The translations under genes were made by a program, and so were the position numbers. The notes beneath the pieces were generated by a model. The model saw only the letters and a program-made list of their open reading frames with translations. It was not told the DNA's origin and ran no database searches. 64,000 bases of DNA from Promethearchaeota archaeon (GTDB lineage: Archaea; Asgardarchaeota; Thorarchaeia; Thorarchaeales; Thorarchaeaceae). The stretch lies in contig WJMJ01000078.1 of NCBI GenBank assembly GCA_014728035.1, positions 64,001-128,000 on the forward strand, written 5' to 3'. Shown here in pieces: positions 48,256 to 57,894 of this stretch (position 1 is its first letter; every line of letters starts with the position of its first letter).

Positions 48256-49238
48256 AGATTGTAGTGATGGGTTCAGGAGCTATAGGAAGTTTGTACGGGG
48301 GAATTCTATCGCAAAATAGGAATAACGAAGTTACTCTTGTGGGAAGGAAAGCACATATCGATGCAATCTCATCTCAGGGATTAACACTCACTGGTGTGAT
48401 GGGAAATCATGTTGTATATCCAGAAACCACCACCGACCCAAAAACGATTCGTGAAGCAGATTTGGTTCTTATTACAACAAAAACATACGATACACTTACT
48501 GCGGCAAAACGTATACGTCATTTAGTCGACCAAGGTGCCCATGTAATGGTCCTCCAAAACGGTATTGGTACTGAAAAAGAATTGGCAGAATATCTGGATA
48601 CAGAACGAATAATTCGTGCTACTTCATGTATGGGAGCATTAAGAACTGGACCTGGAAAAATTCAAGTCACTGGTACTGGAATCACTGAAATCGGTTCACA
48701 TTTTCCTTCAACCTATCAGATAATATATCAAATTGCTGAAATGCTTCAATCGGTTGGATTTGAAGTCAAGATATCTAAGAATATTGAAGGTGTGGTCTGG
48801 ACAAAAACACTGGTTAATTGTGGAATTAATCCTGTTGGAGCTCTTACTGGATTAACAAATGGAGAAGTATACGACAATCAAAATCTTAGAGGTCTAATTG
48901 TTCAGCTGGTTGAAGAGGCGGTTCTCGTTGTGAAAGCTCTTAATATTCAACTAACAACGGATGATCCCGTACGTTATGCACTTGGTACCGCAAAAGCAAC
49001 AAGCAGCAATATCAATTCAATGCTGCAAGATATCCGTGCTGGTAAGACTACTGAAATTGATTCAATCACTGGTAAAATCATCGAGTTTGCCAAAGAGCTT
49101 GGAATACCTACGCCAGCAAGTGAAACAGTCTATGCTCTTGTAAAAGCATTAGAAGCCAAATGCCTTGCAGACTCGAAATACTGTGAAGATTCGATACTTG
49201 ATGCTGACAAACTCATGGAAGCAATATCTATACCTTAA
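48252..49238 (+). CDS. panE: 2-dehydropantoate 2-reductase
   Basis: GSGAIG, LQNGIG, WTKTLVN, SMLQD...TEID. Confidence 0.93.
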   Translation: MKIVVMGSGAIGSLYGGILSQNRNNEVTLVGRKAHIDAISSQGLTLTGVMGNHVVYPETTTDPKTIREADLVLITTKTYDTLTAAKRIRHLVDQGAHVMVLQNGIGTEKELAEYLDTERIIRATSCMGALRTGPGKIQVTGTGITEIGSHFPSTYQIIYQIAEMLQSVGFEVKISKNIEGVVWTKTLVNCGINPVGALTGLTNGEVYDNQNLRGLIVQLVEEAVLVVKALNIQLTTDDPVRYALGTAKATSSNINSMLQDIRAGKTTEIDSITGKIIEFAKELGIPTPASETVYALVKALEAKCLADSKYCEDSILDADKLMEAISIP

Positions 49239-49908
49239 ACCAAGACTTCGCCATTTGATATGAGGCAATTGCGGATTTCTTCCCATTATGTTTTAATGGA
49301 TTCATATGACCAGGTAGTGCAATATCAAAATCCAAAGAGGTAATTCTCTCAAGCGATTTTACCAGTGTTTTCCCATCACCTCCCGGAAAATCAACACGGC
49401 CAAAGCTACCACCAGGAAACATTGTGTCACCAGTAAATAGGATTGGAGTATCTTGTACTTTGAGACAAATCGAACCAGTTGAATGCCCAGGAGTGTGGTA
49501 CACTCTAAGTTTAATCGTTCCCAAGTCTAATATTGACCCCTCTTCCAGTATGCCCTTTATGGTGATGGGTGGGAAATCATGTCCAAAATTCTGAGACAAA
49601 GTACCACTAGTATCTCCATTGTTTATTCTATCAGCTTCTGCTTTATGAAGATGAATTGTGACCTCTGATTCGTCTAATATTGGTAAAACCCCTCCAATAT
49701 GATCGATATGTGAATGAGTAAGAACGATATCAGTAATATCCTTCAGTTCGATACCAACAGCATTCAAATCTCGTTTCAATCTGCCGTGATTCATACCAGT
49801 TCCTGCATCGATTAGTACAATATGATCTTCATGTTTGATTAGCCCAATATTGGAGTCAAAGGTGTTAGATGTTCTAAAATAGATGTTCTCAGTGATACTG
49901 TCAAACAA
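49228..49908 (-). CDS. MBL-fold hydrolase (glyoxalase II-like)
   Basis: THSHIDHIGG, HTPGH, GD, PGH. Confidence 0.9.
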   Translation of the reverse strand: MFDSITENIYFRTSNTFDSNIGLIKHEDHIVLIDAGTGMNHGRLKRDLNAVGIELKDITDIVLTHSHIDHIGGVLPILDESEVTIHLHKAEADRINNGDTSGTLSQNFGHDFPPITIKGILEEGSILDLGTIKLRVYHTPGHSTGSICLKVQDTPILFTGDTMFPGGSFGRVDFPGGDGKTLVKSLERITSLDFDIALPGHMNPLKHNGKKSAIASYQMAKSWFKV

Positions 49909-49910
49909 TA

Positions 49911-51047
49911 TTAATCGCCTCCCGTTTCCAGTTTTTCTATCAATCGGTCTATATCGTCAAAAGAGTTGTAAAAGTGTGGAGAAACTCTAAGTCTTCCATT
50001 TCGAACAGAACAATGAATACCATCCTTATGTAAATCCTTTTGCAAATCATCTGCACCATGTGGTGCACAAGAAACGATTGCAGATCGATTCTTTTCTGGA
50101 AAATCATAGAATGGAATGGATTCTTCTTCTAATCTCTTACGTAGATAGTCAGCGATAGAAATTGCTGCGTGTTCACGAGTTTCACCGGGTATGCTCAATA
50201 AAACTCTGAGTGACTCGTGGAAGCCAACATAGGCAGCCATAGCTGGAGACCCAACAATGAATCTTGTTGCATCTGGCATTAGTTCTCGTTCGTGGTAGTG
50301 AAATTCCCAGAGATTCTTTACACCCCACCATCCAAGGTAGCGTGGTTTAACTTGTTCAAGTATTTCTTCTTTGATATAAACAAATCCAGACCCAATAGGC
50401 CCGATTAACCATTTTGCGGATTGAGCGGCTGCAAAGTCTACATCCGATAAGACCAAGTCAGTATCCACACATCCAGCAGCTTGAATTATATCTGAAACTA
50501 AGAAAGCATTGCTTTCATGAACTATTTTTGCAAGACCAGACAAATCAATCCTATACCCTGAGGCAAATTGAACCTGACTGACTGATACAACTCGGGTATG
50601 TTTGTCAATTTTTTCAGCAAATCTTTCAATTGGAACTGCACCATTAACAGATTTCACAACTCGTAGTTCAACATCATATAGCTTCGAAATGTTTTGCCAT
50701 GGAACGTAATTAGCAGGAAATTCCAAGTCACATATTACAATGTTTGACCCCTCAGGATATGAAATCCCATGTCCAAAGGCATTGATTCCTTCAGAGGTGT
50801 TAGGGACGAAACCGTATTGCTTGTAATGACCACCCAACAAGTTAGCAAGATGCTCGCGAGTGCTTTTGAGTAATGCAAGGGTTTCCTGAAAAGAACCAAT
50901 AGCTCTGATTTTGTTATCGAGGTATTCCTTCATTGCATCAATAGTGCTTTTTGGAGGGATTCCTGTTGACGCATTATTTAGATAGGTCATATCTTTCAAG
51001 GTGGGAAACTGGGAATTGATTAGTTCCTGATTGATTGTTCCAGACAT
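49911..51047 (-). CDS. PLP-dependent aminotransferase class V
   Basis: YLNNAS, DIIQ, KWLIGP, RVSPHFYN; lacks the SufS RxGHHC cysteine. Confidence 0.88.
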   Translation of the reverse strand: MSGTINQELINSQFPTLKDMTYLNNASTGIPPKSTIDAMKEYLDNKIRAIGSFQETLALLKSTREHLANLLGGHYKQYGFVPNTSEGINAFGHGISYPEGSNIVICDLEFPANYVPWQNISKLYDVELRVVKSVNGAVPIERFAEKIDKHTRVVSVSQVQFASGYRIDLSGLAKIVHESNAFLVSDIIQAAGCVDTDLVLSDVDFAAAQSAKWLIGPIGSGFVYIKEEILEQVKPRYLGWWGVKNLWEFHYHERELMPDATRFIVGSPAMAAYVGFHESLRVLLSIPGETREHAAISIADYLRKRLEEESIPFYDFPEKNRSAIVSCAPHGADDLQKDLHKDGIHCSVRNGRLRVSPHFYNSFDDIDRLIEKLETGGD

Positions 51048-51130
51048 AGGAAGTCTATGTAGCTTGGCTTCTGATAAAGCTCACTAAAGAACGTCCCCAA
51101 AGTTTAAGACTATCAACCGCACTATGTCGG

Positions 51131-51979
51131 TTGGAGAGAGGTTTGTCCCGAATCAAAAGATGGATCTCCCGACTTAGAGGTACCAGTGAAGAAGAGAACG
51201 AGATAGAGTCTACTGAAACCTCCTCGGAAGAACATAGAAAAGCCAAAACAACCGACAGTTCTAAGACAGTCAGTTCTATGAATCTCACACCACCTCCTAA
51301 TGGAACCTTAATCGCATCTGAGAAAGGAATGCTGATAGATCGTGAGGTTACAACTGAACTAGCTCAAAGGGCTCAAATCACTCGCCAACGGGTAGAAGAA
51401 ATTGTTCCGGGAAAAGCAATAAAACGTGATAAACAAGGGCGAGTTCACATTAAAATCGTGTTCTATGGCCCATCACTATCTGGAAAAACAACAGCTCTTA
51501 GATGGCTTTTTGCAAATGTGCGATCTTTATCAAAAGGAAAAATAGTTGAGATTGCGGATGAGCTAGGACGTACTACATTCTTTGATTTTGTGCCAATTGC
51601 AGCAAACGAGAAAATCGTATTTGATGTCTTTACTGTAGCTGGACAGAGACGTCATGCGCAAAGCAGAATCACAGTTCTTCGTGATGTGGATGGACTGATA
51701 TTTATGGCGGATAGTCAACCAGAGCAAATGAATGAAAATTTGGCTTCCATCCAAGAACTACGTATTGCCCTAGGAACAGATAGACTATCCACGATGCCCA
51801 TTGTAGTATCATTGAATAAAAGAGACCTTCCGAACGCTCTACCCATTGACTATATGGTAAGAATGCTTGACTTAGAAGGGTTACCTGTCTTTCCAACTAT
51901 TGCTACAGAAGGAAAGAATTTACTAAGAATGTTTCAACGTGTTTTGCGTGACGCATTGATTTTCAAGATAGGAATATGA
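51131..51979 (+). CDS. MglA-like GTPase with N-terminal extension
   Basis: KIVFYGPSLSGKTT, RTTFFDF, TVAGQ, NKRD. Confidence 0.9.
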   Translation: MERGLSRIKRWISRLRGTSEEENEIESTETSSEEHRKAKTTDSSKTVSSMNLTPPPNGTLIASEKGMLIDREVTTELAQRAQITRQRVEEIVPGKAIKRDKQGRVHIKIVFYGPSLSGKTTALRWLFANVRSLSKGKIVEIADELGRTTFFDFVPIAANEKIVFDVFTVAGQRRHAQSRITVLRDVDGLIFMADSQPEQMNENLASIQELRIALGTDRLSTMPIVVSLNKRDLPNALPIDYMVRMLDLEGLPVFPTIATEGKNLLRMFQRVLRDALIFKIGI

Positions 51980-51981
51980 AA

Positions 51982-52722
51982 TTACTCGTCCTTTTCAAGC
52001 AACGGCAATTTCCCTCGTTCAAGTTGTCCAACTAATTCCATCAATTCTTCAATGGCTTCTTCAATGATAATCCGACCCTTATCTGCACTTGCATCCAATG
52101 GATTCCCATAAATCGCATTTGGTAACAAATCTTCACGATATCTAGCAGAAACAATACGGTATTTGGTTTCCACACGACCTGCAACCATCTTCGCTTCATC
52201 AACTAAATCAGGTCTGACAAAAAGCATCTCAGAAGTTTCATCCTCAGCTGCATGACCTTCTGGAGTTGTGAGTACGACTTTTCTAGCTGTTTTGGCAAAG
52301 TCTATCCACCAGTTTACGATTATTACAGCATGTTCGCCTTCCGCGGTTGCTCTCTTTGCAGCTTGTTGCAGCAATGCAGCATTAGGACCGTGTCCATTCA
52401 AAGCAATGATGAAGCGAAATCCGTGATTGAAAACCGACTTCATCACATCATGATAGAGATGAACTAAGGTCTCGGGGGAAACTGATACTGTACCTGCAAA
52501 GGGGTCAAACGACCAGCTATCACCGTAAGGAATTGGAGGAAGCACTAATGCATTGGTTTCTTTTGCTATCTTTTCAGCTAGATAGTCTGGGAGAATTGTA
52601 TCGGTTCCAAGAGGAAGATGTTTTCCATGAGCTTCCAAAGCACCAGTAATTAATACCACAACTTCAGTTCTATTGGATGCATCAATAAAGTCAGGATGAG
52701 TCAGTTCTGTCCAGAGTGGCAT
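51982..52722 (-). CDS. Creatininase/creatinine amidohydrolase-family protein
   Basis: EAHGKHLPLGTD, NGHGPN, HA..ETS. Confidence 0.92.
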   Translation of the reverse strand: MPLWTELTHPDFIDASNRTEVVVLITGALEAHGKHLPLGTDTILPDYLAEKIAKETNALVLPPIPYGDSWSFDPFAGTVSVSPETLVHLYHDVMKSVFNHGFRFIIALNGHGPNAALLQQAAKRATAEGEHAVIIVNWWIDFAKTARKVVLTTPEGHAAEDETSEMLFVRPDLVDEAKMVAGRVETKYRIVSARYREDLLPNAIYGNPLDASADKGRIIIEEAIEELMELVGQLERGKLPLLEKDE

Positions 52723-52892
52723 ATCAATCTCAACTCTGTGGGGTTAGAAGTATTATATTAAATATTACATCTGACTCGAAAATTAGGATAACTTACCGAA
52801 AAGGTAATTAAACAAATATGTCGTCCAGCTAAATAACGCAAATAACATAGTCTATTTCGTATTATTTGCACTTTATACTTTATCAAATATGT

Positions 52893-53002
52893 AGCCCCGT
52901 GGTGTAGCGGTCCATCATGAGGGGTTCTGGAACCGCTGAGCTTCCAGTGCTCTTCGATAGGATCTCCCCTTGACCCAGGTTCGAGTCCTGGCGGGGCTAC
53001 CA
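52893..53002 (+). tRNA. tRNA-Gln(CUG) with 34-nt intron (52931-52964) at position 37/38, CCA encoded
   Basis: Acceptor AGCCCCG/CGGGGCT, anticodon stem AGGGG/CCCCT, CTG at 52927-29, T arm CCAGG-TTCGAGT-CCTGG; BHB central helix TTCT/AGGA with 3-nt bulges. Confidence 0.93.
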
Positions 53003-53326
53003 TTTTTCATCAATCTTTAGACTAAGATGAAATTCTCAATGAGCAGGAACTGCTTTCCAAAAATAGACGTTATCGTTTTTTTATACTCAATACAGGGTTT
53101 TTTATAGAAAACCTATAGATTTATAGGGAAGCCTTTCTACAACGTCATGGAGAAAAAAAACCGCATTATAGAAGTATATTTCTCTTTACGCTTGAATCTG
53201 TCCTTTCCCTCCCGGCGGCCAGACATAGCATAATATAATGCGGAATCTCCACATAATTTTCAAAATTTTACAAAAACAAGCATAAGTCTTGGGAATAAAA
53301 ATCCCCAAGACATTGAATTATTGAAT

Positions 53327-53689
53327 CTATAGAAGGTTCTCGATTTCCTTCTGGGCCCTGTCAACTTCAAATTCAATGAGACCGACTTTAGCATCTGGTG
53401 GTGCAGTTGCAATAAGAATAGTCTTGCCAATGTGTCGTACAATGACTAAGCTGTCTTCCCCATCAATTTCAATCGATTCCATATCTCCCGAATTCAGAAC
53501 TTTTCCAACTCGTGTTCCAATTGAAAGCATTGCTGCACCCATAGCAGCTACGGCTCGTTCATCAACATCAGAGTGCAATGATGCACAAATCAGTTGTCCC
53601 TTGTCAGTAACAAGAGCAGATCCGTTTACATCAGAACCTTGTTCTAAACCTCGTAGGATATCTGTTAAATCTTGTATCTTTTGGCTCAT
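53327..53689 (-). CDS. Roadblock/LC7 (MglB-like) protein
   Basis: SALVTDKGQLICASL...VAAMGAA...VGLI. Confidence 0.9.
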   Translation of the reverse strand: MSQKIQDLTDILRGLEQGSDVNGSALVTDKGQLICASLHSDVDERAVAAMGAAMLSIGTRVGKVLNSGDMESIEIDGEDSLVIVRHIGKTILIATAPPDAKVGLIEFEVDRAQKEIENLL

Positions 53690-53886
53690 TTTAATCCCCT
53701 TGCATTACTAGGACCTCTTCATATATTGAGAGGTTCACTGATTTGGATAACACTCATACTCTTTTAATCTAATTTCGAATGTCCTCAAGACAAGGGTGTC
53801 GATATTTTACATCGAGCATTAATTTACAGTCTTTACAACAACCTTCTTATCGGACAAACTATCTATTTTAATTGGAAGAATGAGAT

Positions 53887-54666
53887 ATGGAAACCGTTGA
53901 GAAAGGCTGGGATGAGTTCTGGGCCGAATTATTTAGAGTCAAACATCGCTCCACTATTCCAGGAATTCAACAATACGATAATCTTGTAGTGGATTTCTGT
54001 ATTGAAACGTTAAAGCTTCAAGAAGGCGATGAGATTCTGGATATCGCTTGTGGTGCTGGAGATCATAGTATCAAATTTGCCCAAAAAGGATTACAAGTTA
54101 CTGGATTTGACATTTCACAAACACTGATTGCCGTAGCAGACAAAAAAGCAAGTGATGCGGGAGTAGAAGTAAATCTCTTTCGTGGAGACATGAGAGAAAT
54201 TAATTTTGTTAAGCGCTTTAGCGGAGCAGTGATACTGAGCCACAGTTTTGGTTTCTTTAACCACGAGGAAAATCTTAGAGTTCTGGAGGGATCTTTCAAT
54301 GCGTTAATTGATGGTGGTCGTCTCCTGCTTGATTTAATGAATCCATATAATCTACCAAAATTCCAGAAAACCTGGTCAAAGATTGAAAACGGGTACCTTC
54401 TTAGCGAACCACATTCACTAGATGCTCCCTCTGGAGTGCTCAAGGGAAGACCTGCTTTATTCGTTGACAGCGAAAAGGCCCGTATTATTCTGATGGATCA
54501 AGATGCAATGTCCAACAACGATATCCGAATGTATACCGCTCTGGAAATTCGAGCCATGTTGGAAGATGTTGGGTTCAAACGAATCGAATTGTTTGGTCAG
54601 AATAAACTTCCAAAGATGCCCTATTCTGCAAATTGCGAACGAATGGTTGTTATTGCTGAGAAATAA
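53887..54666 (+). CDS. Class I SAM-dependent methyltransferase
   Basis: ILDIACGAG, GFDIS, GDMRE, SFGFF. Confidence 0.9.
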   Translation: METVEKGWDEFWAELFRVKHRSTIPGIQQYDNLVVDFCIETLKLQEGDEILDIACGAGDHSIKFAQKGLQVTGFDISQTLIAVADKKASDAGVEVNLFRGDMREINFVKRFSGAVILSHSFGFFNHEENLRVLEGSFNALIDGGRLLLDLMNPYNLPKFQKTWSKIENGYLLSEPHSLDAPSGVLKGRPALFVDSEKARIILMDQDAMSNNDIRMYTALEIRAMLEDVGFKRIELFGQNKLPKMPYSANCERMVVIAEK

Positions 54667-54681
54667 TATCAATTTGCCATA

Positions 54682-55353
54682 TCATTCAAGATGGGGCGGT
54701 AATTGAAGAGTTGTCTCAGGCCCTTGATAAACAGCAGCAATATGCATAATCGTATGACTTAGTATTGCTCCGAGTGGATTGAGACTTATGAGATAGGCTA
54801 TTGTGATAAGACTGTTTCCAATTAAAACGAATGCCATGCTCTTGTTGCGAAACTCTTGATATCCAATATGATACAAAAGAGTCGCGAATATGCTTGCAGC
54901 GAAACTAGTTACTAATGCAATAACTGTTCCCCACCATAAACTAGTAAATCCTACCATTTCGAAGCTTTTCCATATGATAACAACTGGAACAACATTCAGT
55001 ACTAGAGAGTCAATAATTCCATAGATTACACCGAACCAGAGAAGTTGTCCTATTAGTTTACTTCCAGTATTGGTTTGAGATTTTGGTTGATTTCGAACAG
55101 TTTTTACAAGAAATCCTCCAACAATTACTCCCACAACTATACCATATATCCAATTTTCAATAATCAAATTTAGAAAACTGATATTGTTTAGTGAGAAGAA
55201 GAAATATAGAAATACTGACATAATTAGGACATAAGGAATAAGAAAGTACTTTCTTTCAAGCTCTAGCTTGTTTGAAAATATGGCAGAAATGAATAGTCCT
55301 AGCAATCCTGTCAGTAGAATCCAAACTAATGAACCAATGAACACTTCAATCAT
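54682..55353 (-). CDS. Integral membrane protein (possibly CPBP/Abi-like)
   Basis: About 7 TMs; YH..Y and H...H motifs. Confidence 0.6.
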   Translation of the reverse strand: MIEVFIGSLVWILLTGLLGLFISAIFSNKLELERKYFLIPYVLIMSVFLYFFFSLNNISFLNLIIENWIYGIVVGVIVGGFLVKTVRNQPKSQTNTGSKLIGQLLWFGVIYGIIDSLVLNVVPVVIIWKSFEMVGFTSLWWGTVIALVTSFAASIFATLLYHIGYQEFRNKSMAFVLIGNSLITIAYLISLNPLGAILSHTIMHIAAVYQGPETTLQLPPHLE

Positions 55354-55487
55354 GATTATTGAAACCTGTTCTTATGCAATCTAAAGATGATTTTTCTGAC
55401 TAATAGACTTGAAGTTGTCGCAACACGTTTCTTGTCATTATATCCTATGACGATAATCTTTTAAGATTCCATTAGGGCTGTCGCGCA

Positions 55488-55561
55488 AGCCACTGGTATA
55501 GAAAACAGTGACCTCAGCTAGTTCTTTTCGGAACTATACGATTTCAAGTTGGGGTCAGGCT
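55488..55561 (+). promoter_or_regulatory. Structured 5' leader of the EF-2 paralog
   Basis: TGACCTCAGCT/AGTTGGGGTCA (two G-U pairs) enclosing TAGTTC/GAACTA; CACTG/CAGTG; downstream of a TTTTAAG box. Confidence 0.4.
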
Positions 55562-55577
55562 ATCATGATAAATATGG

Positions 55578-57800
55578 GTGAACAAAGTGGTAAAGATTAA
55601 AGATCCCGACGCGATCAAACGACTAATCAAATCTGATGATTATTCCCACAAGAGAATTGTATCAATTAGTGCACATATCGACCATGGAAAGACTACAACA
55701 TCGGACTATCTCATGCGTCGAGCAGGTCTTATGAGTGACGCTGCAGCTGGACAAGCTCTAATGACTGATAGTGATGAGGAAGAACAAGAGAGAGGTATAA
55801 CTATCTTTACTAGTGTCGTTCTTCTCAACTTCGAAGTTGATGACCAAGAATATCTGGTGCAACTATCAGACACTCCTGGACACCTTTCCTTCACTGGAGA
55901 AGTATCACGTGCATTGCGTGCTAGCGATGGAGCAGTTATCCTAGTAGATGCACTTGAAGGTGTAATGACTCAGACAGAAACGAATATCCGGCTAGCTGTA
56001 GGTGGAGAAGCTTGCAAACCAGTCCTATTCATCAACAAGGTTGACCGATTAATTAACGAATTGAAATTACCTCCTAAGAAGGTCTACGAACGAATTGACA
56101 TTATTATTGCCAAGGTAAACGAATTAATCAAAAAGGTAGCACCTGCTGAATTCGGTCCAGATTGGCGTGTCAGTTTCCAAGAAGGTACTGTTGCTATTGG
56201 AAGTGCAAAGACTGGCTGGGCTTTTACGATGAAAACTCTTGAAAAGAGAGGTATCAAACCACTTGTTGTCTTTGAGAAATATGATGAGGGTGATGAACGT
56301 TGGCTCCGTGAAAACCTGCCATTGGATGAAGCTCTCCTAGAAATGATTGTATACCATCTACCAAATCCAAAAGATGCACAGAAATACAAGATTCCAAGAA
56401 TCTGGACTGGAGACCTAGACAGCCCTGAAGGAAAAGCATTGCTATCCTGTGATAGAGATGGTCCTCTATTGGGAATGATTACAAAAATCTTTGTGGACCC
56501 AAAGAGTAAACGTCCTACTTTGATCGGTAGAGTATTTTCTGGAACGTTACGTTCAGGTCAAGAAATTCGATTAGTCGGAATGAAACAAAACGCTCGTGTA
56601 CGCCGACTTGGTGTTCAAGAGATAACAGATATTCTAGACATGGAAGAAATACCTGCAGGAAATCTGTTCTCGATTTTCGGATTCATGTGTCCATCAGGAG
56701 AATCGTTCACAGACCCCGACTCCGAAATGCAAGGATTTGAACAGATTGAGTATGTTAGCGAACCTGTCGTGAGTAGAAGCATTAAGCCAGTTGACCCACA
56801 GGATATTGCCAAGCTTGGTGAAGTGGTTTCAAAATGGATTATGGCAGATCCTACAGCACGATTTGTCCATGACAAGGAGTCTGGTGAATATCGACTTGAT
56901 GGAATCGATCCACTTCAGATTGAGATTCTTACAAAACGTGTACACGAACAGGTGAAGATTCATGTTTCTGAGCCGATTATTGTATACCGTGAGAAAATTC
57001 ATGAACGTGGTGACGAATTCCACACAAAGTCACCTAATGGTCACAACCGTCTACGACTATACATAGAACCACTTGATGAGAAAACTGTTGAGCTGATAAA
57101 GAAGAATAAGATCAAGGCTGAACAGAACGCTCGCGAACGTGCAAGAATACTTCGTGACGAAGCAGGCTGGGATGCAAAAGAAGCAAGAAAGATTCTTGAT
57201 ATCTATGAATCATGTATGCTTGTTGATGCTATGAGTGGAGTGCAGAGATTTGATAGAATCTACTCGTATCTCGAAACTACTTTCAGAGAGTTTGTTGATG
57301 AAGGACCACTCGCTCACGAACCAATTATGGGTGTAAAGGTCGTCTTGACTGATGCAACTGTTCACAGTGATCCTGCTCACACAGGATATAATGAAGTTGC
57401 TACCATGACTAGCGCTGGTCTCAATCTATCATTCTTAACAGCAAAACCACAGCTTTACGAACCAGTTCTCAATGCTGATATCAAGACCCCTACTGATACT
57501 CAAGGTCAGGTCATCAAAGTACTAACGGGTCATCGTGGCCAGATTGTAACCATTGAAGGCGAGGAGGATTCTGTAACCGTGAAAGGTACTCTTCCAACCG
57601 CTGAAACAATTGGTATTGCTGATGAGTTCCGAAGTGCAACAGCTGGAAGAAGCTTCTTTGGATACGAATTCCGTGGCTTTGAACCACTGCCCTCAAACAT
57701 GCAAGAACCCAAAGTGCTTGAAATTAGAGCACGGAAAGGTATGCCTGAGGAACTACCCAACCTTGGTTCTTGGAGCCGATGGGTATACAAACGAACCTAA
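55578..57800 (+). CDS. Elongation factor 2 family GTPase, probably the Asgard paralog aEF-2p (start may be GTG 55587)
   Basis: AHIDHGKTT, ERGITI, DTPGH, NKVD, KSPNGHN; diphthamide loop HSDPAHTG; no ribosomal-protein neighbours. Confidence 0.88.
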   Translation: MNKVVKIKDPDAIKRLIKSDDYSHKRIVSISAHIDHGKTTTSDYLMRRAGLMSDAAAGQALMTDSDEEEQERGITIFTSVVLLNFEVDDQEYLVQLSDTPGHLSFTGEVSRALRASDGAVILVDALEGVMTQTETNIRLAVGGEACKPVLFINKVDRLINELKLPPKKVYERIDIIIAKVNELIKKVAPAEFGPDWRVSFQEGTVAIGSAKTGWAFTMKTLEKRGIKPLVVFEKYDEGDERWLRENLPLDEALLEMIVYHLPNPKDAQKYKIPRIWTGDLDSPEGKALLSCDRDGPLLGMITKIFVDPKSKRPTLIGRVFSGTLRSGQEIRLVGMKQNARVRRLGVQEITDILDMEEIPAGNLFSIFGFMCPSGESFTDPDSEMQGFEQIEYVSEPVVSRSIKPVDPQDIAKLGEVVSKWIMADPTARFVHDKESGEYRLDGIDPLQIEILTKRVHEQVKIHVSEPIIVYREKIHERGDEFHTKSPNGHNRLRLYIEPLDEKTVELIKKNKIKAEQNARERARILRDEAGWDAKEARKILDIYESCMLVDAMSGVQRFDRIYSYLETTFREFVDEGPLAHEPIMGVKVVLTDATVHSDPAHTGYNEVATMTSAGLNLSFLTAKPQLYEPVLNADIKTPTDTQGQVIKVLTGHRGQIVTIEGEEDSVTVKGTLPTAETIGIADEFRSATAGRSFFGYEFRGFEPLPSNMQEPKVLEIRARKGMPEELPNLGSWSRWVYKRT

Positions 57801-57811
57801 AATGAATCAAT

Positions 57812-57836
57812 AAGTGACGGAATCCCGTCACTTTTT
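57812..57836 (+). terminator. Hairpin plus T-tract
   Basis: AAGTGACGG-AATC-CCGTCACTT-TTT. Confidence 0.65.
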
Positions 57837-57894
57837 CATTTCTTTTTCTCAAAGCAGTTATTTGCTAGTCTGATGTTATTTGTTATGAAATATT

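Noticed and set aside
49911-51047. Selenocysteine lyase/SufS linked to selD
   Set aside because: Lacks the catalytic Cys loop motif and lies 12 kb from selD.
52758-53003. 81-aa ORF MVAPPGLEPGS
   Set aside because: Antisense translation of the tRNA gene.
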